Shown in pieces: positions 1 through 10,019 of a DNA stretch of 64,000 nt. The notes beneath the pieces were generated by a model. That model was not told the DNA's origin. It worked only from the letters and a program-made list of their open reading frames with translations, and made no database searches. The stretch covers positions 1,546,013 to 1,610,012 of the forward strand of contig CAXWPL010000005.1 of the NCBI GenBank assembly GCA_963666215.2. Direction: 5' to 3'. A program made the translations under genes and the position numbers. The stretch is from Acidobacteriota bacterium. Lineage in GTDB: Bacteria; Acidobacteriota; UBA890; WLXD01. The number at the start of each line of letters is the position of its first letter. Within the stretch, counting starts at the first letter, position 1.

Positions 1-610
1 CGCGACGGCCGGCAGATCTCGACGTCGTCCAACGGTGGTTGAGTTTCCTGCGCAACCACAAGGAATGCATCGCAGCGATGGACTTCTTCACCGTCCCGAC
101 CGCCTCGTTCGTGTTCTGTACTGCTGGTTCGTCATCCACCACGACCGACGACGGATCCTTCACTTCAACGCCACGTATAACCCGAGCTCTGCCTGGGTTA
201 TCCAGCAGCTGAGGGAGGCGTTCCCCTACGACACGGCACCGAGGTATCTGATCTTCGACCGCGACGCCATCTTCAGCAAGGCGGTGGCCGGGTTCGTCCG
301 GTCGATGGGAACCAAGGTGTGTCGAACTGCCTATCGAAGCCCCTGGCAAAACCCTGTGGCAGAGCGCTGGATCGGTGGGTGCCGCCGCGAGCTCTTCGAT
401 CACGTGATCGTGGTCCACGAGCTGCACGCCATCCGGCTCGCCCGCGCCTACATCGACTACTTCCATGAGGACCGCACCCATCTCGGCCTCGGCAAGGACA
501 CGCCGTCTAGGCGACCAGTGACACCGCCCCCGGCGCCGACCGCGAAGGTCGTCTCGATGCCTCGTGTCGGAGGGCTCCATCACCGATACGAGTGGCGCGA
601 AGCCGCCTGA
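1..610 (+). pseudogene. Integrase-core (rve) transposase, 5'-partial, with a frameshift near 110
   Basis: WLSFLRNHKECIAAMDFFTVPTASF shifts frame into RVLYCWFVIHHDRRRILHFNAT...LIFDRDAIF...SPWQNPVAERWIG...VGGLHHRYEW. Confidence 0.8.
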
Positions 611-900
611 ACGTGCGGGCCTCGGAGCGGCTCTCTCCACGGGCTGTCTTGAGGAAACAAAGCCTCACCTGGCCAGCGCTAGCGCACCTGCACCGCGCGA
701 GAGAATCGTTCACCATATCATTCCTACCGATTCTCGCGGTAGATGAGGCCGACTGCCGTTCTGAGCGAACCTCCAGCGTCGACCCTGTCGGCAGACGAGT
801 ATTGAGGAGGCACAAGGTTGCCTTGAAGAGAATTGAGAGAAACGCACCACCCCGGTGTAATCAAGCGGTGTATACTAGTGGTGACTTCAAAGGCACGCCC

Positions 901-1107
901 ATGAGCCGTATGACGATCACGGTCGACCCTGAGCTGTTGGAGCAAGCGAAAGTAGCTCTCGAAGCGCCGACAAAAGCGGAGACCATCCGCATTGCCCTGT
1001 CGGAGGTCGTACGTAGGCGCCGCCTCAGAGCCGCCTTGACGCACCGGGGGCGGATCCAGTTGGATCTCGACCAGGAGGCCTTGCAGCAGCTCCGGCGAGA
1101 TCCATGA
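901..1107 (+). CDS. vapB: VapB-type antitoxin
   Basis: MSRMTITVDPELLEQAKVALEAPTKAETIRIALSE; ATGA overlap with the PIN toxin gene. Confidence 0.85.
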   Translation: MSRMTITVDPELLEQAKVALEAPTKAETIRIALSEVVRRRRLRAALTHRGRIQLDLDQEALQQLRRDP

Positions 1108-1499
1108 TCGTCGTGGATAGCTCGGCTTTCATAGAGTACTACCGGAGCTCCGGTTTGCGGAGCGTCCAGGATGCCGTTGCAAACGTGATCGCCGCGGATC
1201 AGGTCGCTGTCAACGGCGTCATCCAGGTTGAGATCTGCTCCTACGCGTCAGGGGACTCGGAGCGTCGGCAACTGGAGGCGGATTTTCAGGGTTTCCACTG
1301 GCTCGACCTCGGGCCTCCAGATTTTGATCTCGCCACCGATCTCGGATTTCAGCTTCGGCGGCTAGGGCTCACCATTCCAGCCACCGACCTGATAATCGCA
1401 GCCTCTACGATCCTCGCCAACGCGCGCCTCCTTCATCGGGATGCGCACTTCGACCTGCTGGCACAGCACTCGAAGCTTCAGGGCTTTTCCACAGATTGA
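1104..1499 (+). CDS. vapC: PIN-domain VapC toxin
   Basis: MIVVDSSAFIEY...TIPATDLIIAA...LLHRDAHFD PIN motifs. Confidence 0.9.
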   Translation: MIVVDSSAFIEYYRSSGLRSVQDAVANVIAADQVAVNGVIQVEICSYASGDSERRQLEADFQGFHWLDLGPPDFDLATDLGFQLRRLGLTIPATDLIIAASTILANARLLHRDAHFDLLAQHSKLQGFSTD

Positions 1500-1644
1500 C
1501 GAGACGGGAGTAGGAGCCGGAGGGCGTTGAGACGCGGCCCCACGGAGAATACGACGATCAGGCCGAGCCCCAGTCGTCGTAGATAGAGGAGGCCGCCGGC
1601 GAGGGCCGAAGCGGGGCGCTGAGAGGAGAAGGCTCAGGCCCTGG

Positions 1645-1719
1645 CTACTCCGGGCTTTCCCGGATGTCGCCCTTCAAGCTGAAGTTGGGGCTCGCTCCGC
1701 AGACGCAGCAGATCTTCAT
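1645..1719 (-). pseudogene. N-terminal stub of UDP-GlcNAc 2-epimerase (WecB-like)
   Basis: MKICCVCGASPNF resembles the WecB start (MKIxxVxGARPNF); it stops after 24 codons and lies just downstream of the wecC-like fragment. Confidence 0.5.
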
Positions 1720-1742
1720 ATTGGAGATCCGACCCTATGCCT

Positions 1743-2235
1743 TCACACACGGGCATCGACGGAGCTGGGGTCCGAGAAGACGTTGCGCGTATCTACGACC
1801 AGCCCGGCGAGCTTGCCGACGCTCTCCCAGTCAATCGCACGGTGGTCGGTGACGATCAAGACACAGTCCTGCGATCGCAAAAAGTGCTCGCTCAGAGGCT
1901 CCGATGTCAACTCGATGTCGTACCTTCGCATCGGCGGGAAAACGGGGACATGGGGGTCGTGGTACGAAACCTCGGCTCCCTCCGCTAAAAGGCGCTTGAT
2001 GATTTCGGCCGCCGGCGTCTCCCGAACGTCCGCTACGTCGGCCTTGTAGGCGATACCGCAGATGAGGATTCGGGCTCCCCGCAGTGCCTTACCCTCATCG
2101 TTGAGGGCCGTGGCCACGCGGGAGATTACAAAGTTGGGCATCCACGCGTTGATCGCCCCGGCCAGCTCGATGAAACGTGTGTTGAGGCCCACCTCTTTCG
2201 CCTTCCAGGTCAGATAGAAGGGATCGATGGGAATG
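1743..2235 (-). pseudogene. C-terminal part of a UDP-glucose/GDP-mannose dehydrogenase family gene, cut by IS5
   Basis: IPIDPFYLTWKAKEVGLNTRFIELAG...GIAYKADVADVRETPA...YHDPHV...LIVTDH...VVDTRN; the 5' part is absent beyond the IS end. Confidence 0.88.
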
Positions 2236-3345
2236 GGCGTTGGTGCATGAATCGACTTCGGCCCCGACGGTAGCATTGGCTCGGGATCCCGACCATTCAT
2301 GGAGGGGGGCGATGCCATGGCCGCACGCAAGTCGAGCCGAGTCAACCGCGAGTACAAGACGAAGTACAGGGTCAGAAACTGGAGCGAGTACGAGTGTGGC
2401 CTCAGGAGCCGTGGCGATGTCACGATCTGGTTGAGCGAGGAGGCGATCGCTGCGTGGACGCCACAGAAGAACGGTCTGCGCGGAGGGCAGCGACGATACT
2501 CGAACCTCGCGATCTTGACCGGGTTGACGCTGCGCGCCGTGTTCCGCCTACCGCTTCGCCAGACCGAGGGATTCCTGGACTCGCTGCTGAGCTTGATGGG
2601 CCTGGACCTCAAGGCCCCAGACCACACCACACTCTCGCGCCGGAACCAGGACGTCGAGGTGCCACCCCTGACCCGAGCCCAGGACGGCCCGATGCACCTG
2701 GTGGTCGATTCCACGGGGCTCAAGATCCTGGGTTCTGGCGAGTGGAACCAGCACAAGTACAAGGCATCGAGGAAGCGCCGGGACTGGCGGAAGCTGCACA
2801 GCGGAGTGGATGACGAGGGCTTCATCGTGGCGGCCGAGCTCACGGCGAGCAGCGAGGGCGACGCCTCCACGCTCCCTGATCTCCTCGCCCAGATCGAGGT
2901 TCCAATCCGGCGTTTCACGGCAGACGGGGCCTATGACCACAGGTCGATCTACGATCGGGTCGCGGCGGCCGGTACAGAGGACATCATGATCGTGATCCCA
3001 CCTCGTCGCTCGGCGGTGTGTGCGGGGCCCACGGACGGCCCGTGGGCGCAGCGAGAAGCGGCTCTTCAGAGGATTCGTGAGGTCGGACGACGAGAGTGGC
3101 AGAAGGAGTCGGGTTACCGACAGCAGGCTCGCGTTGAGAACGGGTTCTTCCGATACAAGTCACGGCTCGGAGGCGACCTGAAGGCGAGCAACAGCAAGGC
3201 GCAGACGAGAGAGGCCATGATCGGGTGTTTCACATCCTTAACCGGATGGCAGGGCTCGGCAGGCCAGAGTCCTACGCTGTGTCGTGACGGAATGGCTGGG
3301 AAAAGCGGCCCAGGCTCGCTCTGGGTCGAATCGTGCAACAGCGCC
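2236..3345 (+). mobile_element. IS5 family (IS903-like) insertion sequence
   Basis: Imperfect terminal inverted repeats GGCGTTGGTGCATGA (2236) and TCGTGCAACAGCGCC (to 3345) enclose a DDE transposase. Confidence 0.85.
2317..3287 (+). pseudogene. IS5 transposase with a frameshift near the 3' end (about 3228)
   Basis: YRVRNWSEY, LPLRQTEG, PDHTTLSRR, VVDSTGLK, WRKLH, ADGAYD, SGYRQQARVE; the usual tail HILNRMAGLGRPES continues in another frame. Confidence 0.8.
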
Positions 3346-4092
3346 CTAACGCGGTAACAGACGACCGACGAACGACTCGGCGAAGGACCCAGGAGGCGAC
3401 GGCGTCAGCTGCTCCGGGGCACAGATCTGTCGGATCGTGCCACCTTCGAGGATGGCTACCCGGTCGGCCAGGGCGCCGGCCTCGTCGGGATCGTGGGTGA
3501 CCAGAAGCGTCGGCACCTGGCGCTCGGCAAGCAGCTCACGCACCAAACCGATGAGCTGTTCCTTCAGCGCGATGTCCAGACTCCCAAAAGGCTCGTCAAG
3601 CAGCAGAGCTGTTGGCTCGTAGACCAAAGCGCGCGCCAGAGCTACCCGCTGACGCTCGCCTCCAGACAAGTCTCCAGGGTAGGCGCGACCTCGGTCGCCC
3701 AGGCCCACTCTTTCCAGCCACTCATCCACCAGCACGTGTCGATCGGACCTCTTGAAGCCCTTGGCCGAGAGCACGAACCCGAGATTGCGCGCGACGGTGA
3801 GGTGCGGCCACAGAGCCAGATCCTGAAAGACGACGGCGAGGTTCCTCTCCTCCGGAGGAACGAGAATCCGCGCGCCTCGGCTCACCTCGCGTCCCGCGAT
3901 ACGGACGACACCCTGGCGCGGCCGAGCTAGACCGAGCACGGCACGCAAGAGAGTCGTCTTGCCAGTTCCCGAGGCTCCCGCCACCGCGACCACCTCGCCT
4001 TGCGCGACGGCGAGCGAGAGATCGTGGACGACGGCCCTAGTGCCGAATGCGAGCTCGAGGCCCTCGATCTGGAGAACGGTCGATTCTTTCAC
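3346..4092 (-). CDS. Fe3+/polyamine-type ABC transporter ATP-binding protein
   Basis: GASGTGKTT, LSGGERQRVALARAL, LLLDEPF; GTG start overlaps the permease stop. Confidence 0.9.
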   Translation of the reverse strand: MKESTVLQIEGLELAFGTRAVVHDLSLAVAQGEVVAVAGASGTGKTTLLRAVLGLARPRQGVVRIAGREVSRGARILVPPEERNLAVVFQDLALWPHLTVARNLGFVLSAKGFKRSDRHVLVDEWLERVGLGDRGRAYPGDLSGGERQRVALARALVYEPTALLLDEPFGSLDIALKEQLIGLVRELLAERQVPTLLVTHDPDEAGALADRVAILEGGTIRQICAPEQLTPSPPGSFAESFVGRLLPR

Positions 4093-5711
4093 CGGCGTCG
4101 AGCCCCCAACGACAGCAGCAGCGAGCCCACGGTCACCGCCCCGGCTACCAGCACCACTTGAACCAGCGCCAGTGCGGCCACGAGCCGCGGAGGTCCGTTG
4201 GCTTCGAGGGTGAAGAGGCGCACCGTTAGCGGCTCTGCGCCAGGCGGATAGAAGAGGACGACGGTATCGAGGTCTCGCATACAGAAGACAAGAGTGAGCA
4301 GAAAGGCCAGCGCCAACCCCCGCCAGTGGGGCCGTAGCACTAACATGACGAGCCGGCGCAAGAAAGACGCGCCGGCAACCTGGCCGCCCTCCTCCAGCTG
4401 CGGCGAAGACTGCGCGAACGCAACGGCCGAGGAGCGGACCGCCAGAATCGCGTACCGACCACAGCCGGCGATCACCAGAATCGCGGTCGTTGTATACACC
4501 CACTGAGTCGCCGGCCGGTTCCAGGCCGAGATCAACCCCACGCCGAGCACAGCCGACGGCATCACGAAAGCGAGAAAGAGACAGCCGTCCAAGATCGACG
4601 CAATCCTCGACCTCCGCACCAGGGCGTGCCCGACAACGCAAGCGATCGCGGTGGCAGCGGCGGCCGCTATAAACGCCGTCGACAGGCTCGTCCAAAGACT
4701 GTCGCCCAACGCCAGCTTCTGCCCTGGCCGAATCGGGCCTACCATCGCACGCCAGACCAGGCCCGCGAGCGGAGCCACCCCCGCTGCCGCCAATGCGAGC
4801 ACGACCGCTGTCGCAAGGCTCCGCCAACGTCCCAGCTCTATCGGCTGTCGTGACTCGCGAAGGCCGAGCAGATCGAAGCGGCGCCGACCGAAGAGTCGGC
4901 GCTCGGCGACGACCAGGAGAAGACCGGCGACAAGCAGCGGCGTCGCCAGTGCGACCGCCTCGCCGGGGTTGAAGTCGATCCCCGCCAAGCGGGAAAACAC
5001 GACTTCGCTGTAGGCGCGCGTGCCAAAAAACAGAGGCACCCCGAGCTCGGAGATGGCCAGCGAAAAGACGACGACAGAGGCGAGGGCGACGGCAGGCGCG
5101 GCGCCCGGGAGCAGGACCGAGCGGAACACGTGCAGCGGCCTAGCCACCACCAGAGCCGCCTCTTCGAGAGAAGGCTCGATGCCGCGCAGCGCAAACGCGG
5201 TCAGGGTGGTCACGATCGGCGCCAGCGCGAAGGTCAGCACCCAAGTCACGGCCGGCTCACCAGAGAGCGAACGACCGCCGATACCGGCGCCGGCCACACC
5301 GCTCAGATCGACGAGGTGAAACCAACCCAGTGCCAGTAGGAAAGGCGGCAGAAAGAGCGGGAAGGCATGGACCAGCCACAGTATGCGCCGCAGCGGAAGA
5401 TCACTGCGGCCGAAAAGGCACCCCAGCGGGATGCCGACGGCCAGGGAAAGGAGGGTCACGAGGAGAGCTCGTGCTGCAGAGCGAAGAAAAAGCGCCCACA
5501 GATCCCACCGCTGAAGAAGGCTGAGACTGTCGACAGTAGACGAAGTCAGCTCGGCCACGAGGGCGAGAAGAGGCAGGGAGGCGACGAGCGCGACGCAGAC
5601 CGTCGCGAGCACGAGCGCGCCGACTCGCTGGTAACGTCGCCAGCGTTCGTGCACGGCCGTGTGCAGCCAGCCGTGACCGACCCCAGCGCCAAGGCTCAGA
5701 GACCGACCCAT
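4089..5711 (-). CDS. Iron(III) ABC transporter permease (FbpB-like); start uncertain
   Basis: Multi-TM protein with two EAA-type loops (IEPSLEEAALV, PQLEEGGQVAGA). Confidence 0.85.
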   Translation of the reverse strand: MGRSLSLGAGVGHGWLHTAVHERWRRYQRVGALVLATVCVALVASLPLLALVAELTSSTVDSLSLLQRWDLWALFLRSAARALLVTLLSLAVGIPLGCLFGRSDLPLRRILWLVHAFPLFLPPFLLALGWFHLVDLSGVAGAGIGGRSLSGEPAVTWVLTFALAPIVTTLTAFALRGIEPSLEEAALVVARPLHVFRSVLLPGAAPAVALASVVVFSLAISELGVPLFFGTRAYSEVVFSRLAGIDFNPGEAVALATPLLVAGLLLVVAERRLFGRRRFDLLGLRESRQPIELGRWRSLATAVVLALAAAGVAPLAGLVWRAMVGPIRPGQKLALGDSLWTSLSTAFIAAAAATAIACVVGHALVRRSRIASILDGCLFLAFVMPSAVLGVGLISAWNRPATQWVYTTTAILVIAGCGRYAILAVRSSAVAFAQSSPQLEEGGQVAGASFLRRLVMLVLRPHWRGLALAFLLTLVFCMRDLDTVVLFYPPGAEPLTVRLFTLEANGPPRLVAALALVQVVLVAGAVTVGSLLLSLGARRR

Positions 5712-6718
5712 TCGCGGAGCCACGGTTGCAAGCTCTCCATCGTTTTCGCTACTTCGGCGTAGTCGACCTGCATCGCGTTCAGGCTCGACACCGCTGGTAC
5801 CGAAGCAGGGGCCACCGTGTCGTCGCGGAGCGGCATGTGAGCGGCGCTCATTGCCAACAGACGTTCGCTTGTGGCAGAGAGAAGACAGTCGACGAGGCGT
5901 CTGCCCGCAGCAGGATGTGGCGCACCCGCGATCAGCACCACGGAGGTCGGCATCACCAGGGTTCCGATGCCGTCCTGGTCCGGGTAGGCAACCTCGACGG
6001 GATCACCTTCCGAGAGCGCGACGAACGCATCGTCGGTGTCAGTCAGTCCGAAAGCCACCTGCCCAGAAGCGACGAGACGTCTCACCTCACCGTTCGAGCT
6101 GGCGACGCGCACCTGGTTGTCCTGAAGGGCCTCGAGGAAGGCGCGTGCCTCATCTACGCCCCAGATCACCGCCAGCGCGGCGACGTGCATGGTGGTGGTG
6201 CCGAAGAGCGGATTGGCGATGGCGCTCTGCCCACGCCAGCGCGGATCGGCAAGATCGCGGATCGAGTCGGGGCGATCCCCCTCGGAGAGGAGCTCACGAT
6301 TCACCAGCAAGACGCGGGCCCGCGCCGCGATGCCAGTCCAGGTTCCGTCCTCGGCGCGGAACCCCACCGGCACGGCAGCCGCCTCCGGAGAGACGTAGGG
6401 GTCGATGAGACCACGTTCGTCGAGCAGAAACGGCCGCACCGGGTCTCCGGACCAGAAGACGTCGGCCTGCGGATGGTCGGCCTCGGCGAGGAGACGATTG
6501 AGAATGCCGGTGCTCTTCGTCTCCTCGGTGTCGAAGACGCCCCTGACTCGGAGCCCGAGGCGCTCCTCGCACGAGCGGAAGACGGGCTCGGAGAACACCT
6601 GATCGACTGAGGTGTAGACCACGACTTCGCCCTCGCCACTGCCAGAGCCACATCCGAGGGCGAAGACGGAAACTAGCGCGAAGCCGAGCAGGGCACAGTT
6701 GCTGACAGGTTTCCTCAT
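5696..6718 (-). CDS. Iron(III)-type ABC substrate-binding lipoprotein
   Basis: Lipobox ALGC; VVVYTSVDQVFSEP, EADHPQADVFWS, ANPLFGTT, FGLTDTDD. Confidence 0.85.
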   Translation of the reverse strand: MRKPVSNCALLGFALVSVFALGCGSGSGEGEVVVYTSVDQVFSEPVFRSCEERLGLRVRGVFDTEETKSTGILNRLLAEADHPQADVFWSGDPVRPFLLDERGLIDPYVSPEAAAVPVGFRAEDGTWTGIAARARVLLVNRELLSEGDRPDSIRDLADPRWRGQSAIANPLFGTTTMHVAALAVIWGVDEARAFLEALQDNQVRVASSNGEVRRLVASGQVAFGLTDTDDAFVALSEGDPVEVAYPDQDGIGTLVMPTSVVLIAGAPHPAAGRRLVDCLLSATSERLLAMSAAHMPLRDDTVAPASVPAVSSLNAMQVDYAEVAKTMESLQPWLREWVGL

Positions 6719-6722
6719 GGCA

Positions 6723-7514
6723 TCAGTCGCCTTCGGTCAGATCGGCGGCCTCGCCGCTTGCCCCTTCATCGAAGGTCGCCAAGCGCAGATCGTCGAACCA
6801 GGTGACGCTGTCGGCTTTGGTCCACAGGCCCACGCGCCCCGGGTTCTGGAAAGTCTCGTCAGTCACCTGGAACAGCTCGCGACCGTCGAGAAAGGCAGTG
6901 AAGAGCTGCCCCTCTGCGCGCACGCCGAGCTTCGACCAGGACCGCAACGGCACGTCGACGTCTATGCCGTAGGAACGTCCCTTGCCGAGGAGAGGAAGAT
7001 CTGTCCGCTCGCCGTTCTCCATCTTGTAGAGGACCACATTGTCTTCGAGAGCGTTCGCCCGCAGGACATAGTAGTTGTCGGGGTCCTGGTACCTCCATAT
7101 CAAGCCGATGGCCTGGTCCTTTGTGCCCGAGACTGGATGGCCCATCACCGACAGCTCCACATCGCGCGCCCGAGGCGCGTCGAGCACCAACAGCGGAAAG
7201 CGGTAGTTGGTGCGATCGACGTCGAGCTGCGCGACTGCGAGGTGGCCGGACGGAGCGGGTCCGGCCTCGATCACCTCCCACCGGCCCTCGGCACCGCGAC
7301 CTGAGTGGGCCGCTGAGAAGCCGTGGGGAAGCATGCCGAGCGGATCCCCCTCGAAATCGTAGAGCTGTGAAGACGGCACGTTTTCCAGGCCAGCCTGCTC
7401 GCCTGCGGCGGCCCCTGCACTCGCGGCCGCCGGGTCATCTTTTCCCCTGGGCTCACCGCAGGCGACAGCCCAGAGCAGCAATAGGACGGTCGGGCCGAGC
7501 GTTCTGTGTTTCAT
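6723..7514 (-). CDS. Lipoprotein with DUF1080/LamG-like beta-sandwich domain
   Basis: Lipobox AVAC; GLIWRYQDPDNYYVLRANALEDN and GRVGLWTKADSVTWFDDL; first gene of the ABC operon. Confidence 0.7.
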   Translation of the reverse strand: MKHRTLGPTVLLLLWAVACGEPRGKDDPAAASAGAAAGEQAGLENVPSSQLYDFEGDPLGMLPHGFSAAHSGRGAEGRWEVIEAGPAPSGHLAVAQLDVDRTNYRFPLLVLDAPRARDVELSVMGHPVSGTKDQAIGLIWRYQDPDNYYVLRANALEDNVVLYKMENGERTDLPLLGKGRSYGIDVDVPLRSWSKLGVRAEGQLFTAFLDGRELFQVTDETFQNPGRVGLWTKADSVTWFDDLRLATFDEGASGEAADLTEGD

Positions 7515-7668
7515 GCAGGGCACCTTTCTGGCCAACAAGGCTACCGCTAGCTAGTTGTAACACGATCATCTCGCTCCGAGTGTCATTACTCCTTCTACGC
7601 CCTTCAGGTATTAGCCTCCGCGGATTGATGGCAGCTGCGAAGGGAGATTACGGAAGAGCCCTTGGGAG

Positions 7669-8475
7669 AGCATTGTCAACTTGGCCTTGGCCGAGGCGAG
7701 ATCTGGCGTCATCAAGGGTTGGTCGGCTCGGATTCAGCGGGCGCACGTCACCTGCCGCCAGACGCCGAAAGAACGATCTCTCAGCGTACGGTGGTCGCCT
7801 GCGCTCACGAGATGCCGCCCGACGCGGAAAAGGTTCCGGATGACTCCGTGAGCGGAGAGGAATCGCTGCGCCTGGCCGGGCGACTTGAAGCGGCGCATCT
7901 TTCGCTCTCGCTGCCGGGTCGGCTGATGGGAGACCTCAGCCCGATTGTTCGCGTACTGGCTCGTATCGTGCCTGACGGAGGGCATGGTGGTCCGATGCGC
8001 TGCGCCATAACTCCTCAGCTTGTCGGTCACCAGGAGCACCGGTTCTGCCCCTTGGCCCTTCAAGAGCTTGCGGAAGAAGCGTTCCGCTGCTTTTCGATCA
8101 CGGCGTGGCTGCACGAGGATGTCGATCACACCTCCGTCCTGATCGATGGCACGCCAAAGATACTGCCGCTGGCCCTGGATATTCACGAAGACTTCGTCCA
8201 AGAACCACGTGTCACCGAGTCGGCCGCCTCGCCGCTTCAAGTTGCGGGCGTACTCGGTGCCGAACTTCCGGCACCATTGACGGATGGTCTCGTAGGAGAC
8301 GACGATTCCTCGCTCCGCCAGAAGATCCTCGACGTCGCGAAGGCTCAGGCAGAAGCGATGATAGAGCCAGACTGCGTGAGTGATGATCTCGGGCGGAAAC
8401 CGGTGACCGCGGTAGCTGGGCGTGCTGCTTTTCATGGGCCGACTCTGCCACCCATCGGCTCAACCTGACAGTACC
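7669..8475 (-). mobile_element. IS6 family insertion sequence
   Basis: Ends AGCATTGTCAACTTG (7669) and CAACCTGACAGTACC (to 8475) around an IS6 transposase. Confidence 0.88.
7734..8435 (-). CDS. IS6 family transposase
   Basis: YRGHRFPPEIITHAVWLY, WFLDEVFV, YLWRAIDQDG, VTDKLRSY, NNRAEVSHQPTR. Confidence 0.93.
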   Translation of the reverse strand: MKSSTPSYRGHRFPPEIITHAVWLYHRFCLSLRDVEDLLAERGIVVSYETIRQWCRKFGTEYARNLKRRGGRLGDTWFLDEVFVNIQGQRQYLWRAIDQDGGVIDILVQPRRDRKAAERFFRKLLKGQGAEPVLLVTDKLRSYGAAHRTTMPSVRHDTSQYANNRAEVSHQPTRQRERKMRRFKSPGQAQRFLSAHGVIRNLFRVGRHLVSAGDHRTLRDRSFGVWRQVTCAR

Positions 8476-8597
8476 GTCCTGAGGCCTCGAGATCAGATTC
8501 TCCTTGACGCCCTGGGCAAGGATGTAGTCCATGCGCCCGAGCGGCGCCGCTTCTTCCTGCTCACCACGATCGCTTGGTAGCGCCGTCCCCAGAATAT
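8476..8597 (-). pseudogene. Fragment of a REP-associated/Y1 tyrosine transposase
   Basis: IFWGRRYQAIVVS, frameshift, EEAAPLGRMDYILAQGVKENLISRPQD resembles the RAYT FWxxRY...YIxxNPVKxxLVxxPxDW segment. Confidence 0.5.
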
Positions 8598-8647
8598 TGG
8601 CAACGGTTGGAAAGTGAGCCACTCACCGTTTTAGAAGTGAGCCACCC
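8595..8647. mobile_element. IS21-like end remnant
   Basis: TATTGGCAACGG followed by two spaced copies of AAGTGAGCCAC, the tandem-site layout of IS21 ends. Confidence 0.45.
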
Positions 8648-8802
8648 TCGGCAAGTTTGAGTGTACGAGAATTCTCTCCGTTTCTCCTTTTCTTCAGTTC
8701 TTTAGATCGAGCTCGTCGTCGCGGCTACGGTAGCCAGCCTAGCTGCCGCCGCTCTCGTTCAGGGCGCGGCCAGCATCGCCAGCCTCGGCAGCCGGGCTCG
8801 GT

Positions 8803-9951
8803 CTACAGATCGAAGGGCGCCAGGAAGTGCCACTTGTCCCGAGTCTCGCCGGCATTCTTGATCGCTTCGCGCGAATCCAGAATCGCCTTGCCGGCAAGCG
8901 TCTTATGGAAGAACCAGCGTGTCGCCTCGTACGCTTCCGGCGTGTGGTCGGCAAGCGCGATGGCGGCCATCTCGTAGTAGCCGCGGATATCCTGGGCGAC
9001 ACGGGCGGGAATGCCCGGGATACCCGCTTTCTTCCAGTGGGTTCCCTCGGCGCAGCGGGCAAAGGCCCCGACCGCCTCGGGGATCTGGTCGGCGTCCACC
9101 GTCCGACCGGTGCCCACCGCGTTTCCCCAGTCCGAGACGGCGCGATCGTAGGCGCCGCGAATGCCGAGTGCCTCGTCGACCGCGGGGTGCGCGTCGGGGT
9201 CGTGGCGCGGCGGCAGCGGGCACGCCAACGCGGTCTCGCCGTCATCGATGATCGTGTCGGGAAAGTCCTCGATGGTCTGCTCGCTGACGCGATCAACCAT
9301 GCTCAGCGCCTGCCATAGAACGTGGTGCTGGAATTCGGCATCATTGGGCCGCCCCAGAGGACGGCCGAGCGGGAAGTTGCAGTAGAGACCGCGCGGCGCC
9401 GCGGTGCCCTCGAGCTGAGCTCGGATCGAGCCCAGAGTCACGGTTGCCATTCCGGCCGCTTCGAAGGCGTGTGCCAGCGTACTCACGGTACGCGTACAGA
9501 TCTGTCAGACAGGGGTCAGCAGCACGACGTCGACGCCGGCCTCTCGCAGGATCTTCGCCCCGGCCGGTCCGCTGTCGAGCTGGATGCCCGAGAGCTGAGG
9601 TTGGTTGCCGGCAAACGCCATGTGCACATCCGAGACATGCCCGATCTTGCCCTCGGACTCGAGCTCGCGAAGGCGATCGATGGGGAAAACCACGTTGTGG
9701 TCCAGAGCGAAGCCGGTGCTATCGAGGCCGGGACTCCAGTGGCTCAGCACCAGATCATCGCGACGGCCGTCGAGCAACCGGAACGAGATGTCGTGAGGGG
9801 CGTAGTTGTCCTGGTCCGGATGCCGCAATGTCGCCGAGGAGACGATCGCGACCGTGGACTCGGAAAGTGGCTTCGCTGTCGTGAAAACTGGATTCTCGGG
9901 GGGCAGGCACTCCAGCCCCGCCGTCATCGCCTTGAGCTCTTGATCTCCCAT
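8803..9951 (-). CDS. Glycine/sarcosine/betaine/D-proline reductase selenoprotein B-like protein, Sec at TGA 9505-9507
   Basis: ORFs 9505..10029 and 8803..9486 are in frame across one TGA: VDVVLLTPV-U-QICTRTVSTLAHAFEAAGMATV; DHNVVFPIDRLRELESEGKIG and NFPLGRPLG are family motifs. Confidence 0.88.
9476..9493 (-). promoter_or_regulatory. Candidate bacterial SECIS hairpin
   Basis: GCGUAC-CGUGA-GUACGC stem-loop; the loop begins 17 nt after the UGA and has G at position 2. Confidence 0.65.
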
Positions 9952-10019
9952 GGCACTAGCTATAGCTAGTCTACTCCTCGGGAGGGGCTCGACGCTAGTA
10001 GGTAGAATCGCCCAGCAGC

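Noticed and set aside
7662-8468. 268-aa plus-strand ORF and similar long antisense ORFs (5726, 16317, 18783, 35708, 44805, 48246)
   Set aside because: Shadow ORFs opposite well-supported genes in GC-rich DNA.
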